A stretch of 64,000 nucleotides of DNA from Calcarisporiella thermophila CBS 279.70 (lineage: Eukaryota; Fungi; Calcarisporiellomycota): positions 794,802 through 858,801 of the forward strand of contig NW_027192194.1 of the NCBI RefSeq assembly GCF_041956535.1, in the 5' to 3' direction. The notes under the pieces were generated by a model. The model was not told the DNA's origin. It did no database searches and was given only the letters and a program-made list of their open reading frames with translations. A program made the position numbers and the translations under genes. Below, piece after piece: positions 39,004 to 53,085 of the stretch; position 1 is the first letter of the stretch, and each line of letters starts with the position of its first letter.

Positions 39004-40627
39004 ATGGCAATGAATCGGCAGTACCAGCCTACCTCAAACACTAGCACATTACCATCTGCCGGTGGCATTATTGGAGTTCATTATCGAATTCATAAAAAGA
39101 TTGGTGAGGGGTCCTTTGGCATTATCTATGACGGTTAGTGTTATACTTTTAAACTTTATATTATTTAATCGCCCTAACGCATATTTACGGAATGAATAGG
39201 GGTAAACTTACTGAACAACCAACGGATCGCAATTAAATTCGAATCCAGGAAATCAGAAGCTCCTCAACTCCGGGATGAATATCGTGCTTACAAGATTTTA
39301 GCGGGATGTGGTATGTTTTCCAGAAATAAATAATAGGTGCTTGCTTATCTAACATTTACTTCCCACTTTTTTCAGTCGGAATACCTTCTGTTTATTATTT
39401 TGGTCAAGAGGGCATGTACAACGTTCTCGTTGAAGACCTCCTTGGAAAAAGCTTAGAGGATCTCTTTGATATATGTGGCCGCAAGTTCACCGTTAAATGT
39501 GTGGCAATGCTTGCTATCCAAATGATCACTCGAATACAGACGGTACACGAAAAAAATCTTATCTATCGTGACATTAAGCCAGATAACTTCCTGATGGGAA
39601 GATCGAGTGGAAAGCACGTCAGTACTGTATTCATGGTTGATTTCGGAATGGCTAAGCACTACAGGGATCCAAGAACCAAACAACATATCCCATACAGGGA
39701 GAGAAAAAGCTTGAGTGGAACCGCACGATATATGAGTGTAAACACTCACCTAGGACGGGGTATATGCATATTTCTCCAATTTGTTTTAATAGATTGCGTC
39801 AACTAATCAAACTACCGGATGTCTACTCCATTTTTCATAGAACAATCCCGCCGTGACGATTTGGAATCGCTCGGTCATGTATTTATGTATTTCTTACGAG
39901 GTTCACTTCCCTGGCAAGGATTGAAGGCAGCAACCAACAAACAAAAATATGAAAAAATTGGGCTAAAGAAGCAAGTTACTCAGATAAAGGAGTTATGTGC
40001 TGGCTTTCCAGGTGTGTATTCTACTTAGTTGTTATATTTCCAATTTGAATAACTAATCTGGATTCCTTTGTTTTTTTTTAAAAATATATATATATAAAAT
40101 AACAGAGGAATTTGCTACATATCTGACTTATGCACGACGTCTCCGCTTTGAAGAGACCCCTGACTATGATTTTCTACGTGAACTCTTCGTTCGCGTGCTG
40201 CACAATATGGGAGAAACTGAGGATGGAATTTTCGACTGGATGGCACTAAATAAATCAGCCGATGACGCCAACCATAAGGGCTCACGTAGATACCCCCACC
40301 CACCATCTACTCCCAATGGCACGGCTAGCCCGTATGTCACTCCCCCCGCTGCAACACATGGATCCTCAAAGCGCAACTATCGATCTCACTCGCGCCATCC
40401 TACAGAGGGCGGAAAGACAAGCAAGTATTGGATTGTGGACACGCCTTCCCCATTACATGGAGCACATCACATTAGTTCATCTCGATTAATCGCAACAGAG
40501 AGTAAAACACAAAAGAAACAAGGATTTTGGCAACGTTTCATAAGCATAATTACATGCAGTGAGTATAAAATCATACCATTTGAGATTGCTAATGTGCATT
40601 TACCAAATCGTTTTTATGGCAGGTTAA
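39004..40627 (+). CDS. YCK: Casein kinase I, Yck/CK1-gamma type (spliced)
   Basis: [64 protein letters not shown]; C-terminal Cys. Confidence 0.95.
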
Positions 40628-41162
40628 TTATTCGGCGAGAATAGAAATCTATTTTTTTTCGGGTTTTATATAACTTCTCTGTTTATCAGAAAATTAACTA
40701 GATGCTTTTGCATGATGATTTCTACATTTCCCTCATTGCCTAGACGAACTTTTTTTCCTTACAAACTACCTTTTTTATAAATTGATATTTTACACCATCA
40801 CCTTATGTTTTTTTTTTTACTTTTCTCTTTCTTTTTTTTGCTTTTCTGTTGTTGCATTCACTCCTAGGGTTTTAGAGCCCACAACTCTATTTTATGCTCT
40901 TTTAATATCTAGACACATACAATCCTCACGCTGCTCCTACCACAAAGCTCTGAAGAACCACTAGGATCAAGCCCATTACACTTTCCTTTTTAAATGTGTA
41001 TACGATTTTGAAATAAACGATTTTTGAATCATAATGTGTTTTGCATTCTGATATTCATTTGAGTGAACCTTCTTTAATTCGTTATCCAAAAACAATCTTT
41101 TCAGAGGAATAAGAGGGCAAATACAGAAGATAAAACGATTTATTGCGAATAGCTTTGGTCTA

Positions 41163-42133
<971 letters not shown>

Positions 42134-45100
42134 AGCTGTTTATTAAATTACAGAGAAAGTTGTTAACGGTATAAACGCAAGTTTGAGATGGGTTAAAAAC
42201 CGCAGAAAAATGGATACATACCGAGGATAGTTTTTGATGCTTTCGAAAACTAAGAAAATATAAAGAAGAAATTTGGCAACACGCAACAATTTTAGGGTTC
42301 GGGTTATCTCGGGCAAATTGCCTCGAAAATTGGTGTTATTCCAGACAGTCCTTTATTAAAATTAGATGACACTTCATAAGAAAACGCTAGATGAATAGTT
42401 CCTTTTAATTTACTTTCCCAGTGTAGCCCACTGAGCAGGAGTATAAGTTTTCTAGAATAAAAATACATATATATTTTTCGACTCTGAAAACATAAAATAT
42501 CAATATGTATCTCGTACCTGAGAAAATGCGTGGATTTGAGCAATCTCGTCTTTCATCACTTCATTGACTAATCTGTGGCGCGCAAGTGTCGTTTTACCTT
42601 CGAAACGTGGTGAGACAATGACCACTTCAAAACTTTGACCACAACCACCCGAAGTATCTACTACCTCCTATATAAAAATAAAACAGTAAGATTTTGGGTA
42701 AATGTAGAAATTAAGCACAGTAACAGAAAGTCAACCTACCACATGCTGAGCTTCTAATCTCTCAATTAGTGCTTGGTGAAGTGATTCGCTGGTTATTCCT
42801 GACATCGAAATTCTGGAAAGTGGAAATAATAATTACTATGTATTATGTAACCGATAACAAAATTTTCAAAGAGTTGTGGCAAAAATATAGTGTGGCTTGG
42901 AAAAACATCATGTTGACAAGAAATAGGATCTCTATCGAAATGTATTGGAAAAGAGTAATAACCGTAAGAAGTTTCTAAAGAAACCACGTAGAAATTATAG
43001 ATAGAAAGAACCATAATAGCATATCTGAATTAGGCAATAACTATTGTGCTGATATTATTTTATAAATTTTATTCGTCAAATGTGGGACTCTAGCTAAAGT
43101 TTATGTTTGGATTCCAACTAGCCTACTACAGAATATATACTGTAAGTATATATAGGTTGATATTTGAAGACTTGAAGCCCACTAAAATCTGTAGTCATAA
43201 ATATAAGTTTAGGATAATTTAAACATTAGTTTAATATCTTTATATCCTCACGTAATATGGACGTGAATGTTATCGAAATATTATACAGAATAAAACCCGG
43301 CTAGTATTTCATCCCAGTCAAGTTTAAATAAGATAATCAAATAATGCCGGGTATTCGAAATTGATAAAACGTAAATATAAATGTTGTGGTTACCTCATTT
43401 TTCTATATCATAATTACATAGTTTAACCTCCTGTGTACTAATATATCGCGTGATTCCTCCTTTTTTCTCATTATACGACACGCGGCCCATTGCGCCGTTC
43501 TTGCATGGAGCCTGTTGATATATTCCAACTTTATAAACCCCAATGCTTTCCCACCCCCCTCCATTCATTTCCATAATTCGATCATTCTATGGTAATCTTT
43601 AATAAAAAGAGACTACGTTTGAGAAACTCCGCTTGTGTCCTGTAATGTTAAGCTAAGAAGACTGCGAGGATTATTCATGCACTGTTTGTTTTACAACCAA
43701 TCCCTTGTGATATTGGATATATGCTTGAGATCACTGTCGAGCTGGAATATGATTTTTGACTTATTAATCCCATTATACTCCTATGTCCTTAAATAGTCTT
43801 CACTGAGGGCGGCCGTGTATTAAACGAAATCAAGCTTTCCACTGATTACACTTAGAGACCAACGCATGGTAAAGTAACACAGTATCTCACCATCAATGTC
43901 CGGCCCCAGCGTATAAATGTTGGTTTAATATGGTGGCTTGTAATGAGATACAACCTGATATTTTAGAGGGTACAAAATTTAATGAATTAGAATGAAACTT
44001 CGGGGCATTACAACTAGTGTGTATTAATAAAGGGTTCAGGCTGTGTCTGCTTGGTTTTTACGCACCCATGCTCAAGGAAACTATCTAACTTTTCAGATTT
44101 TTTAAGAAAAACACTTTTTATAAGAAGAATTCAAAAAAAATCCTAGATATTCCTTTGGAGGCATGATACTCGGCTGTTGGGTTTATGTTCGTAATGTATG
44201 ATAAAGATTGAAATTTTTTCGCTGAATTGCTTTTTCTTTGCTAGGATCCCAAATTGAAATATTAATTAAAAGGAAATAAACCGTGATAAATTAAATGAAG
44301 GATGCGTATACTCTCTTTATCCAAGGGTTGCTAGAGAGGGCAAACAAACAAGCCATAGTAAAATTGAAAGTTATTAGCATCTTGCACCATTATCAGATAC
44401 TAATTGGATTGTTGACAACAACTAAATTCACTCAAGTTTAAAACTAACACTGCACGTTAAAGGGTAATTTAGAGTAACATGGATGAGAATTAGAATGAAA
44501 ATTTTGTTCATTAAATTCTCAGCTATGCTTATCAAACTATTGATTTCAGCCCTAGAACTCCCATACAATGGTAGAATATTTTCCCATGTGGTTTTAGAGA
44601 CAGACATACTAGTTACAGCTATTGAAAGCTCCTTTGACCATGTCTCTAATTCTTTAATAAACTGTAATTCAATAGTGGCAATTTACCGATTCTCTTCCCA
44701 ATCTATTCGAATTTAATTGGCTTACTATGGCGAAGATTCGATTCCAATACTCAATTAGCTAGAAATTTGCACACATCTCTCCGTCGATGCTTAATTGCTT
44801 ATGCCAAGCCTATATTAAGTACATTGAGGTAAAATTCTCTTAATTATTGTGTATGTTCTGAGAAACACTATCATTTCATAAAGAATGCCCTCAATGTTAT
44901 AGAATCACTACCATCGCAGCATCTTTTTAATATAATACTCATGAGAATATTTTCTTGTACTATTCTCTCTATAGAGAAATATCGCCTGAATTCTAGCAAA
45001 AATGCTGTGAAAAGATGTCCATATACTCATTGCTTTTGCACTATTAAGGTTAACTTTGTGGCTGGGAAGAATCCAATTTAACATTAGGCTTTCGAGAAAA

Positions 45101-45490
45101 TTAGTTGATCACCTTTAATTATAGCTTCGCATTATAAGGATATTAAATGGGTATGAAAATAAGAGACGGAAATTTGCAGAAATGTATTCTTTCAATGATT
45201 AGGTAAATGGTGCAGTTTTGCTGAATGCAAGCGGATGAGGTGAATGAGGGACCAATCTTGTAATCAAATAGACTTTTTGAATAGGAAGACTGAAAACACT
45301 ACTCACTTGGAAAATATCAAGTTCGAATTTAACAATCTTCATGCAAAATATGCTATCATAAGGATGCAAAGCGATTATATCGATTTAATTTTCGTATAAA
45401 TACTGTGGATATAGAACAGGGCAAAAAAAAACAACAGCTTGCTCGTATATATCTCCTAAAACACACTCTTCTGAATTTCCGGTCGAGAAT

Positions 45491-45793
45491 ATGATTGCTT
45501 TGAAGATGAAAAAACTGTTTGTGATATTCGTCTCAGCTGCCTACATTTTGTTGGGAACGTCGGAAGCTGTTTTTGTAAATTTCCATGGCTGCCACGGACA
45601 GTATTCTGGTCAAGAGCTCAATTACGGTCAGTGTTACCCAACCCGAGCGTGGAGGAGAAGTGACTTGTGCAGAATTACTACCCCTGGATATTGCTTCGTT
45701 TTTTCAGACAATGGATGTGGAAATCAGGTTGCGGATGGTTCCGATATTGATTTAAGTGGTGCTAAACAGAATAATAGCATCAGGTGCTATTGA
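45491..45793 (+). CDS. Small secreted cysteine-rich protein
   Basis: Signal peptide MKKLFVIFVSAAYILLGTSEA, six Cys in ~74-aa mature region, TATAAAT near 45396. Confidence 0.8.
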   Translation: MIALKMKKLFVIFVSAAYILLGTSEAVFVNFHGCHGQYSGQELNYGQCYPTRAWRRSDLCRITTPGYCFVFSDNGCGNQVADGSDIDLSGAKQNNSIRCY

Positions 45794-46250
45794 TGATTAT
45801 GATATTGAGTTATCTCGAGCTAATTATATTGTATTCTGAATAATATGCTCATGTATTTGGTGCACCTTGACTATTGACTCCCGATAAATTTTCTACGAAA
45901 GGAACCAATTTTTGAGCCTTACTTTGTAGATTGAACCTGGTTAGAGTACAGGATACAATATTCGAACGCAGCGCTAGTGAGGTAGTCAACTTATACAAGT
46001 CAACTACTAAAACGAAATGTTCTACAAGCTATTTCGATATAAAGTAATCCAAATAGAATTGATACAATACAGGCAAAAAATCTCTTTTGAGGGTTTCATT
46101 CGTCACCTATTTTATACTTTGCACAGCAATTGACGAACCCTAGACGTTGAGCCAATTGTACATCAAATCACTCTGATAAGACAAAAGAAAGATATAACGT
46201 TATCTAAGTAAACTAACAAGACAAAAAGAAAGCTTGTGTATGAAAAAAAA

Positions 46251-46755
46251 TTTTTTTTTGAAGGTACGGATCTTTATTGAAAAATATCCTCATGAAGTTA
46301 AACGTTGAAGGTCAATCCAAGGTCATATGCCTTTGTGCAGATTATAGCCAATTGCTGGCAGAATTTAGAAACCAATTAAGAGACAGTAATTGTAGAGTAA
46401 TCAAACACAACTAGCAGAGAAAACCAGACACAACAAGTAAAGAAAACCAGACACGACAGGTACGGCAAGCGGGGGATAGTAATGAGGGATAGTAACAATG
46501 GAAAGGCTGGGGGCGACAAGACAGAGGCAATACTAGAGGAAGAGCCAGACACGACAGGACGGAGAGAGTTATTGTAGTGAACCAGACTGGAAAAGACGGA
46601 TAATTCTGATAGAGAACATAGACACGACAAGCAAGGCACAGAATTAGTGAAGAATCCAGATACTTTTTTTTGTGCTGGTGGGAGTTAAGGGATTCGAACC
46701 CGCGCCATCTCGATGGCACCGAGGAGCGCTTACCACTAGCTACTCCACCCTCCGT
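46251..46755 (-). mobile_element. tRNA-Gly(GCC)-derived SINE-like element
   Basis: Head with A-box-like TAGCTAGTGG, CTCG-GTGCCAT-CGAG anticodon arm, B box GGTTCGAATCC; ~400-bp body with internal repeats; AATAAA and A9 tail followed by T8. Confidence 0.7.
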
Positions 46756-46758
46756 ATG

Positions 46759-47634
46759 TTTTTTTTTTTTGATCAATCAATGGAAACTTTTTATTTAATT
46801 TCCATATATTACATGAAGTTAATGTCAATGGACTTAACATAACGAGATATAGATCCTTGATCGATAGGCGTGCAATCGATATGCGTGTATCGTAGTTGAC
46901 GTGAATAGCATGTACGTGAAACCAATGTAATCGTTGTACTTATCGTAAGGGCGATCTTTTCAATAATCAAGACTCAGCTTCTGATCAANNNNNNNNNNNN
47001 NNNNNNNNNNNNNNNNNNNNNNNNNNNNNNNNNNNNNNNNNNNNNNNNNNNNNNNNNNNNNNNNNNNNNNNNNNNNNNNNNNNNNNNNNNNNNNNNNNNN
47101 NNNNNNNNNNNNNNNNNNNNNNNNNNNNNNNNNNNNNNNNNNNNNNNNNNNNNNNNNNNNNNNNNNNNNNNNNNNNNNNNNNNNNNNNNNNNNNNNNNNN
47201 NNNNNNNNNNNNNNNNNNNNNNNNNNNNNNNNNNNNNNNNNNNNNNNNNNNNNNNNNNNNNNNNNNNNNNNNNNNNNNNNNNNNNNNNNNNNNNNNNNNN
47301 NNNNNNNNNNNNNNNNNNNNNNNNNNNNNNNNNNNNNNNNNNNNNNNNNNNNNNNNNNNNNNNNNNNNNNNNNNNNNNNNNNNNNNNNNNNNNNNNNNNN
47401 NNNNNNNNNNNNNNNNNNNNNNNNNNNNNNNNNNNNNNNNNNNNNNNNNNNNNNNNNNNNNNNNNNNNNNNNNNNNNNNNNNNNNNNNNNNNNNNNNNNN
47501 NNNNNNNNNNNNNNNNNNNNNNNNNNNNNNNNNNNNNNNNNNNNNNNNNNNNNNNNNNNNNNNNNNNNNNNNNNNNNNNNNNNNNNNNNNNNNNNNNNNN
47601 NNNNNNNNNNNNNNNNNNNACACTAACCCTCCCC
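46759..47634 (-). mobile_element. Poly(A)-tailed non-LTR insertion with 19-bp TSD (interior lost in gap)
   Basis: CTACTCCACCCTCCGTATG at 46740-46758 and 47635-47653; T12 at 46759-46770; minus-strand AATAAA at 46790-46795. Confidence 0.72.
46989..47619. other. Assembly gap (N run)
   Basis: 631 N bases. Confidence 1.
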
Positions 47635-47725
47635 CTACTCCACCCTCCGTATGAATGTCGTGACTGCTATTTGAAAGTTCAAATTAAATAGATACATAAA
47701 TTGAAAAAAATCCGTGTCTCAGAAA

Positions 47726-47797
47726 GCCGTTGTAGTATAATGGTTAGTACATCACGTTGTGGCCGTGATGATCCCGGTTCGATTCCGGGCAACGGCA
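47726..47797 (+). tRNA. tRNA-His(GTG)
   Basis: Cloverleaf GCCGTTG/CAACGGC, TCACG-TTGTGGC-CGTGA, GGTTCGATTCC, downstream T5. Confidence 0.97.
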
Positions 47798-49025
47798 AAA
47801 GTTTTTGCCATTGTATTATCGATTTTTTGATGCATTTACAAATAGACTTTACTCCGTTCCATTTTTTAACTCACCACTGGGTATACCAAAAATAAGTATG
47901 ACTTGCTATTGACATAGGCGTTTACTACCACTGTCAAGTACTGTAACATGTTACATGTTACTTATATTTCTTTTGAGGTTTTTCACTTCATGTGGCTCCC
48001 GCCTCATAAATCTTGGTTTTCCAATCATAAGCTTTAGAGAGCCAATAGCAGCTGTATCCCACTAGCGACTAGGTCGGTAAATTTTTTTAGTGCAAAAATC
48101 GCTTGCCAGGGGAAATGCTAGAGTCCATGTATGCAAGTAAACTTGTATATCACTTCTTGTGCTCCGGTTAACTATGCTTGTGGTGAGTCTTTAGTAACAA
48201 GGCAACAAGGGTGTTTTAGGTACTATGATTGCTATATTAATATCAATATATATGTATGTATGTATATATGTATCGTGTATACGAATGCTTAACATAAAGG
48301 AAGGTGTTTTTTATATCCGAATGTTAAGGCATAACTCAACCACAAAGGCCATATCTTTTGTGATCAACATCGGTACGGTGAGATTGCAAGATTTTTCCAT
48401 TAACTCTATCAAAAGTGAAAAAATGCACTAGCCATCAAGTAAAAGAAAAATGAGAGATATAGTTTATCCCAGTATAATTGAGCAGTCAAACCAGCTGGTG
48501 TTATAGCATGCTAAATAACTAGGTCAAATTTCATTACATTTTGGCAAAAGTTTATCAACTAGATTGCTGAGGGATCTTGTTATCTCTTTAGTGCTACATT
48601 TATTGAGCAACATGTTGAGCATACTTTGGGCTTGCTTTAAGACCAATATTTGACCAATATTCCGCCGTCTAACACAAACAAATGATAAAAAAGCGTACAT
48701 TATAGTATCAAGACTTGGTTAGCATAATCTGCTGCCTGTAAGAGGCTCTATGTCAGTGGAGCATGAAATGGTTTTGACACACAGAATATCGCAAATGAAA
48801 GAGGAAAAAAAAAAAATAGTGAGAAAAAAAAAATAAAACAGTTTTCCATTTAAAATAAAATAAAAATTATCTTCTCGTTCCAGGAAAAAAAAAGTACACA
48901 CAATAGGTAAAAAGAAAAGATAAGAAATAAACATAGAATAAAAAGGCAATCTATATAAAAGAAGAAAAGAACAGTATTATTTATATAAGCAACAATATAA
49001 GAAAACAAATGGAACAATTTGCATT

Positions 49026-51612
49026 TCATCCCGCAGGCACCCTTTTAACTACACCGCCACCTTCGCTTCCACCTCCCACAAGACCTCCCGTACTCACTCC
49101 TCCACCATTACCCCCGGAATTACCTCTCTGCGGCCCCGCGACAAACTCCACGGGCCCACTGCTTACCGTTGAGAAGGCGCTATACACCTGTGGAATTGGC
49201 CCTTCGTAGAACCCACTGCTCCGAGTCGTGCTATTTCCCTCTCCGCTACCTCGCTCAACCCTGCCTGTACTAGCACTGGCAGAGATGAAATCACTTTCGT
49301 CACTCTCCGAATAAGCGAAAGATCCTCGCGATGGTGGACCTATTAGCACTTCTTCCCGCACGAGAGCCGCGTCAAACCCACTCTCACTAGGGTATGCATA
49401 ACGTATATCGCCTTCATGTACTGCATCCCGATCCCATGCACTTAATCCAAACTCACTACGCCTTCTGGGGTATCCGGATCTATACCGTGTTCTCCCCGAT
49501 AATTCCTGGTCATGCTCATTAGCGTCATATACCACACCAAGGCCCGTAGGAACAGAAGCTCCAAACGGTCCAAATGCGGGCGAACTATGCGAGCTGCGCC
49601 CATCAGAGACAGTTGGAGCCATGAGTGGTGGATGAGGTTGTAGGGATCTGTAAGAATAGGTGGGGGAGGTAGGGATCGAAGGAGTGGCAGGGGAGGAGGG
49701 CGAGAGTGAGTTGAGTAGCTGGTTTGGCTGTCTCGGGGATGCATCTTGAGCAACCCAAAACATGGGGGAGCCTAGCGGAGCAGGTAATTGGGCTGAGGAA
49801 GAATGACTTCCGGAACCGATAGAGGTTGATTTGGAACGACGCCGAAGACTGCCAAAGCTCATATTGCTGAGGGATGTAGAGAGCTTACGGAACTGCTGCT
49901 TAAGTCGCCCCTTCATTTGAATAATGGGTGTAAATATTAAGTTTGAGAGAGTAACCAAAAGTAAATGAGATCTCTATATTTACAATGATAGTCACAGCAC
50001 TTTTCACTTCCTCCTCGGTCACCTCGGCGAGTTGATAACGTCGCGGATCAGTTTCCTCGATCCACTTTTGCGGATCCTCCAAATCCTGTGTTGTCCATGG
50101 GTGTCGCTGTTCAGAGGTATGTGCACATTAGAGGGGGAGTGCGAGACATACGAGAAGAAATAGATAAATATATATAACCCACCTTGATCTCATCAAGAGT
50201 AATTCTCTTCTCGGGATTCTTTTCTAATAGTCTCAGAAATAAATCCTCTAACTCCTCAGGGATTGGAATATCGCTGGGAAACTGCAATGGTTGGTTTGGG
50301 ATAATGTTGAACAGCTCGTATTCGGTCTCTGCAATGAACGGACATCGTCCAAAGACAAAGCAGAAAAGAGTTACCCCCAAGGCCCATATGTCTATTGCCT
50401 TGGTAATGCGTGGTCGAGAAATCGACGTGGAGGGCTGTTTCCTATGTGAATAATGTGAAGCGGGCTGTGAAGCAGTAGGAGGTAGGCCTGTAGCACTAGC
50501 TGCCGATGCGCTTGATCTTAAACTTGCGCTACTGTTATCGACTGAAATATCACCCATAAAGCATAGCTCTGGGGCAAAAAAAGCAGGGCTTCCCACTGTC
50601 TTGGCGAGCTCAAGATCATCTTGCCAGCTGGATTTTTGGTGGTCACTTAACACGCCGCTCATATGCTCATTAAAATACGAAACTCCGAAATCAGAGATTT
50701 TGACAATCCCTTCTTTAGTCATAAGCAGATTTGCGGGTTTAATGTCACGGTGGATAATGCCTTGGAAATGCACTATAATGCAAATAATCAGCGTTAGGGT
50801 AGTAGAAGGGATGGAGGTTGAAAATGAGGGTATTTTTACAGTATTGAAGACCTGCCACCACGTCTCTGAGTGCACGTCTAGATTGATCTAGCCGCAATAT
50901 GGGTTGGTCGTTCGAATCTTTCCAACGTATTTCACCTCCTTCTACATATTCCAATACTAAACAATAATTGAAATGAGCATTGAAGAAGAAAAACGGAACA
51001 GAAAGAGATATTGTCTTTTTTGTAAAACTTACCCATATATATTTTCCGCGTTGAGGGATCATCGATAACCTCTTTGAGCCGCACCACATTAGGATGAACG
51101 CATTTTTTCATAATAGCAATCTCACGTCTCACTTTCTGTTCATTGGTCATCTGGCTGATCCCTTTCCCCAATCGCCTTCTAGTCGTTCTGTCCACGATTT
51201 TAATAGCCTACATCAAAGGTCAAAATCAATTTTAAGCGAACCGCCCTGTAATCGTTTGAAAAAAAAATATGATGTAGACTAGATCACTTACACAGAGCTC
51301 GCCGGTTTCCACGTGTCGACCCAGTTTTACTTTCCCGTGGACACCGCGACCAATTTCACGGACTATCATGTAGTTATTAATTACCTTGTTGCCGGTGATG
51401 GTATCGTAAGTTTTGGTGATGGTGTTTGTCTCAACGACTTGATGCCGGGGAGGAGTGCCGGGGAGAGATGTATGGGAAGCTGTTTTCCGACGATATCGGT
51501 AGGAGCTCTGCGATTCATGGTGATCGGCAGAAGGCGGGACATGCATGGTGTGGCCACGGTGAAGTGCAGCCCCACCATCACCCCGCCCGGATAATTTAAG
51601 GCTGTAAGACAT
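49026..51612 (-). CDS. Snf1-activating/CaMKK-family kinase (Sak1/Ssp1-like, spliced)
   Basis: KVINNYMIVREIGRGVHGKVKLG, VRREIAIMKKCVHPNVV, HRDIKPANLL, LAKTVGSPAFFAPE. Confidence 0.92.
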
Positions 51613-52479
51613 AACTATTCAATCTTGCGGGTTGTTCCCAACCCCCCCGCTAGAAGAAAAGAGGTGTGATTAAGGTACAAGAGGTCAAGAGCCAATGATT
51701 GCAAAATCTCCTCTAGCTTGAGGTGATGGGAGAAAAATGGAGAGATTAATAAAAAGAGGAAAACCCAAAATCTAGCTTTGAAAATGAATCAATGAAGGTT
51801 GCAATTGAAAATAAAAAGATCGTAGAAAATGGCCCTTGTTCTCACTCATATCTAGCATATTTGCCCTGAAAAGGCGCAGCGCTAATCAATCTCCAAGACT
51901 ACGAGGTCGATGGGCACGTGTGGTTCGTACATGAGATTTTATTTTTGGGATCTTTTCACGTTCTTACCTGCACACCCAACAATGAACGAGAGGCTCATCT
52001 CGATGCGATAGTGCAAGCAAGAAAAGCCAGTCTTGGCGATTCGATTTCGATAATTCACTTGCTTGGGCGTATCCTCGATGCAATGCTTGCCATCGGGTCG
52101 CCTAGTCTTTGGGAGTCAGCGCATCCTCATCCTGTGATCAGACTCTCAAAGCTAGCCCGCTTTAGGAGGGGATTGTGGCCTAAATAATCTCCTGCTGATT
52201 GCCCTCGGCCTTTCTGAAATCGTAGCCTATTGCTCCATTTTGACTGCTCCATGATTCGCGTCTCGATTTTACAAGCTCGGTTCCACGTTCTATAATTACC
52301 TATTCACGCGTCTCTATTTCTTTGTTGGCCCAGAAAAAACTTGTTTACGCACTTTTGTTCGTCATTTTACGCGTCTTTTTCATTTTTTCCCTTTCTTTTA
52401 TAAACCCACCTAGCCTCAGATATTTGCCGTCTTATTTTTACTGTCATTGTATTCTTTGCCATTTATTTTTGACGGCAAC

Positions 52480-53085
52480 ATGGGTTTCAGTCTCAAACTA
52501 CCTTGCCCATACTGCAGCGAACGATTTTACATTCCTGACCGCTTGAAGTATCATATGGGAAGGAAGCATGGGGAGAAGCCTAGTCTTAGCCTCCAAATAA
52601 TTTGTACGCCTGGGTAAGGAGCTAAGCCCACATGCCAGTGGCCTTTCATTGTTTCGGTTTACAAAAATATAAAACTGACTATTTTTATGAGAAGCTACAC
52701 GGAGTGGGTGAAGAAGGGAGGCGTCCAAGAGATGTTAAAATCCCAAAGTTCTGAAATGACTCAAATGCAAACTCCACAGCAGAATCCTTATCTTGGCTAT
52801 CAACAGCCAGCAGCAGCCATGGTCTACCCACCTGCTCAACAAGTCGTGGGCAATCCTGCCACTTACGTACAATTTCCTGCTGGGGTGGCCTTTCAATCTG
52901 TTCAGCCCGGGCAGCAGCAGCAGCAGCAGCAGCAGCAACATCCGCAATTTGCATATGCTATCTATCAACAACCCATGAGTTTCTCCGCTTCCAACCTTAC
53001 TTCTCCTCCAACAGCTCCTCAGAATCCTATCTCAACGCAGAAGGAAACCAATGATCAAAGAAAAAGTTGGTGGCATTCTCCCTAA
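52480..53085 (+). CDS. Small protein with one C2H2 zinc finger and a polyQ region
   Basis: Exon 52480-52613 MGFSLKLPCPYCSERFYIPDRLKYHMGRKH splices in frame (intron 52614-52694) to the Q/P-rich ORF. Confidence 0.75.
52912..52939 (+). repeat. (CAG)n microsatellite encoding polyQ
   Basis: (cag)8 followed by caa. Confidence 0.9.

Noticed and set aside
42300-45400. Degenerate gene or transposon, including an open antisense frame near 44430-44680 and an imperfect inverted repeat at about 44067-44165
   Set aside because: No recognisable domain, TSD or start; cannot be supported without a search
46672-46755. Functional tRNA-Gly or tRNA-Sec
   Set aside because: T-stem and acceptor stem are disrupted, there is no TCA anticodon or long variable arm; treated as a SINE head
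46985-47623. 212-aa poly-X ORF
   Set aside because: Artefact of the N gap
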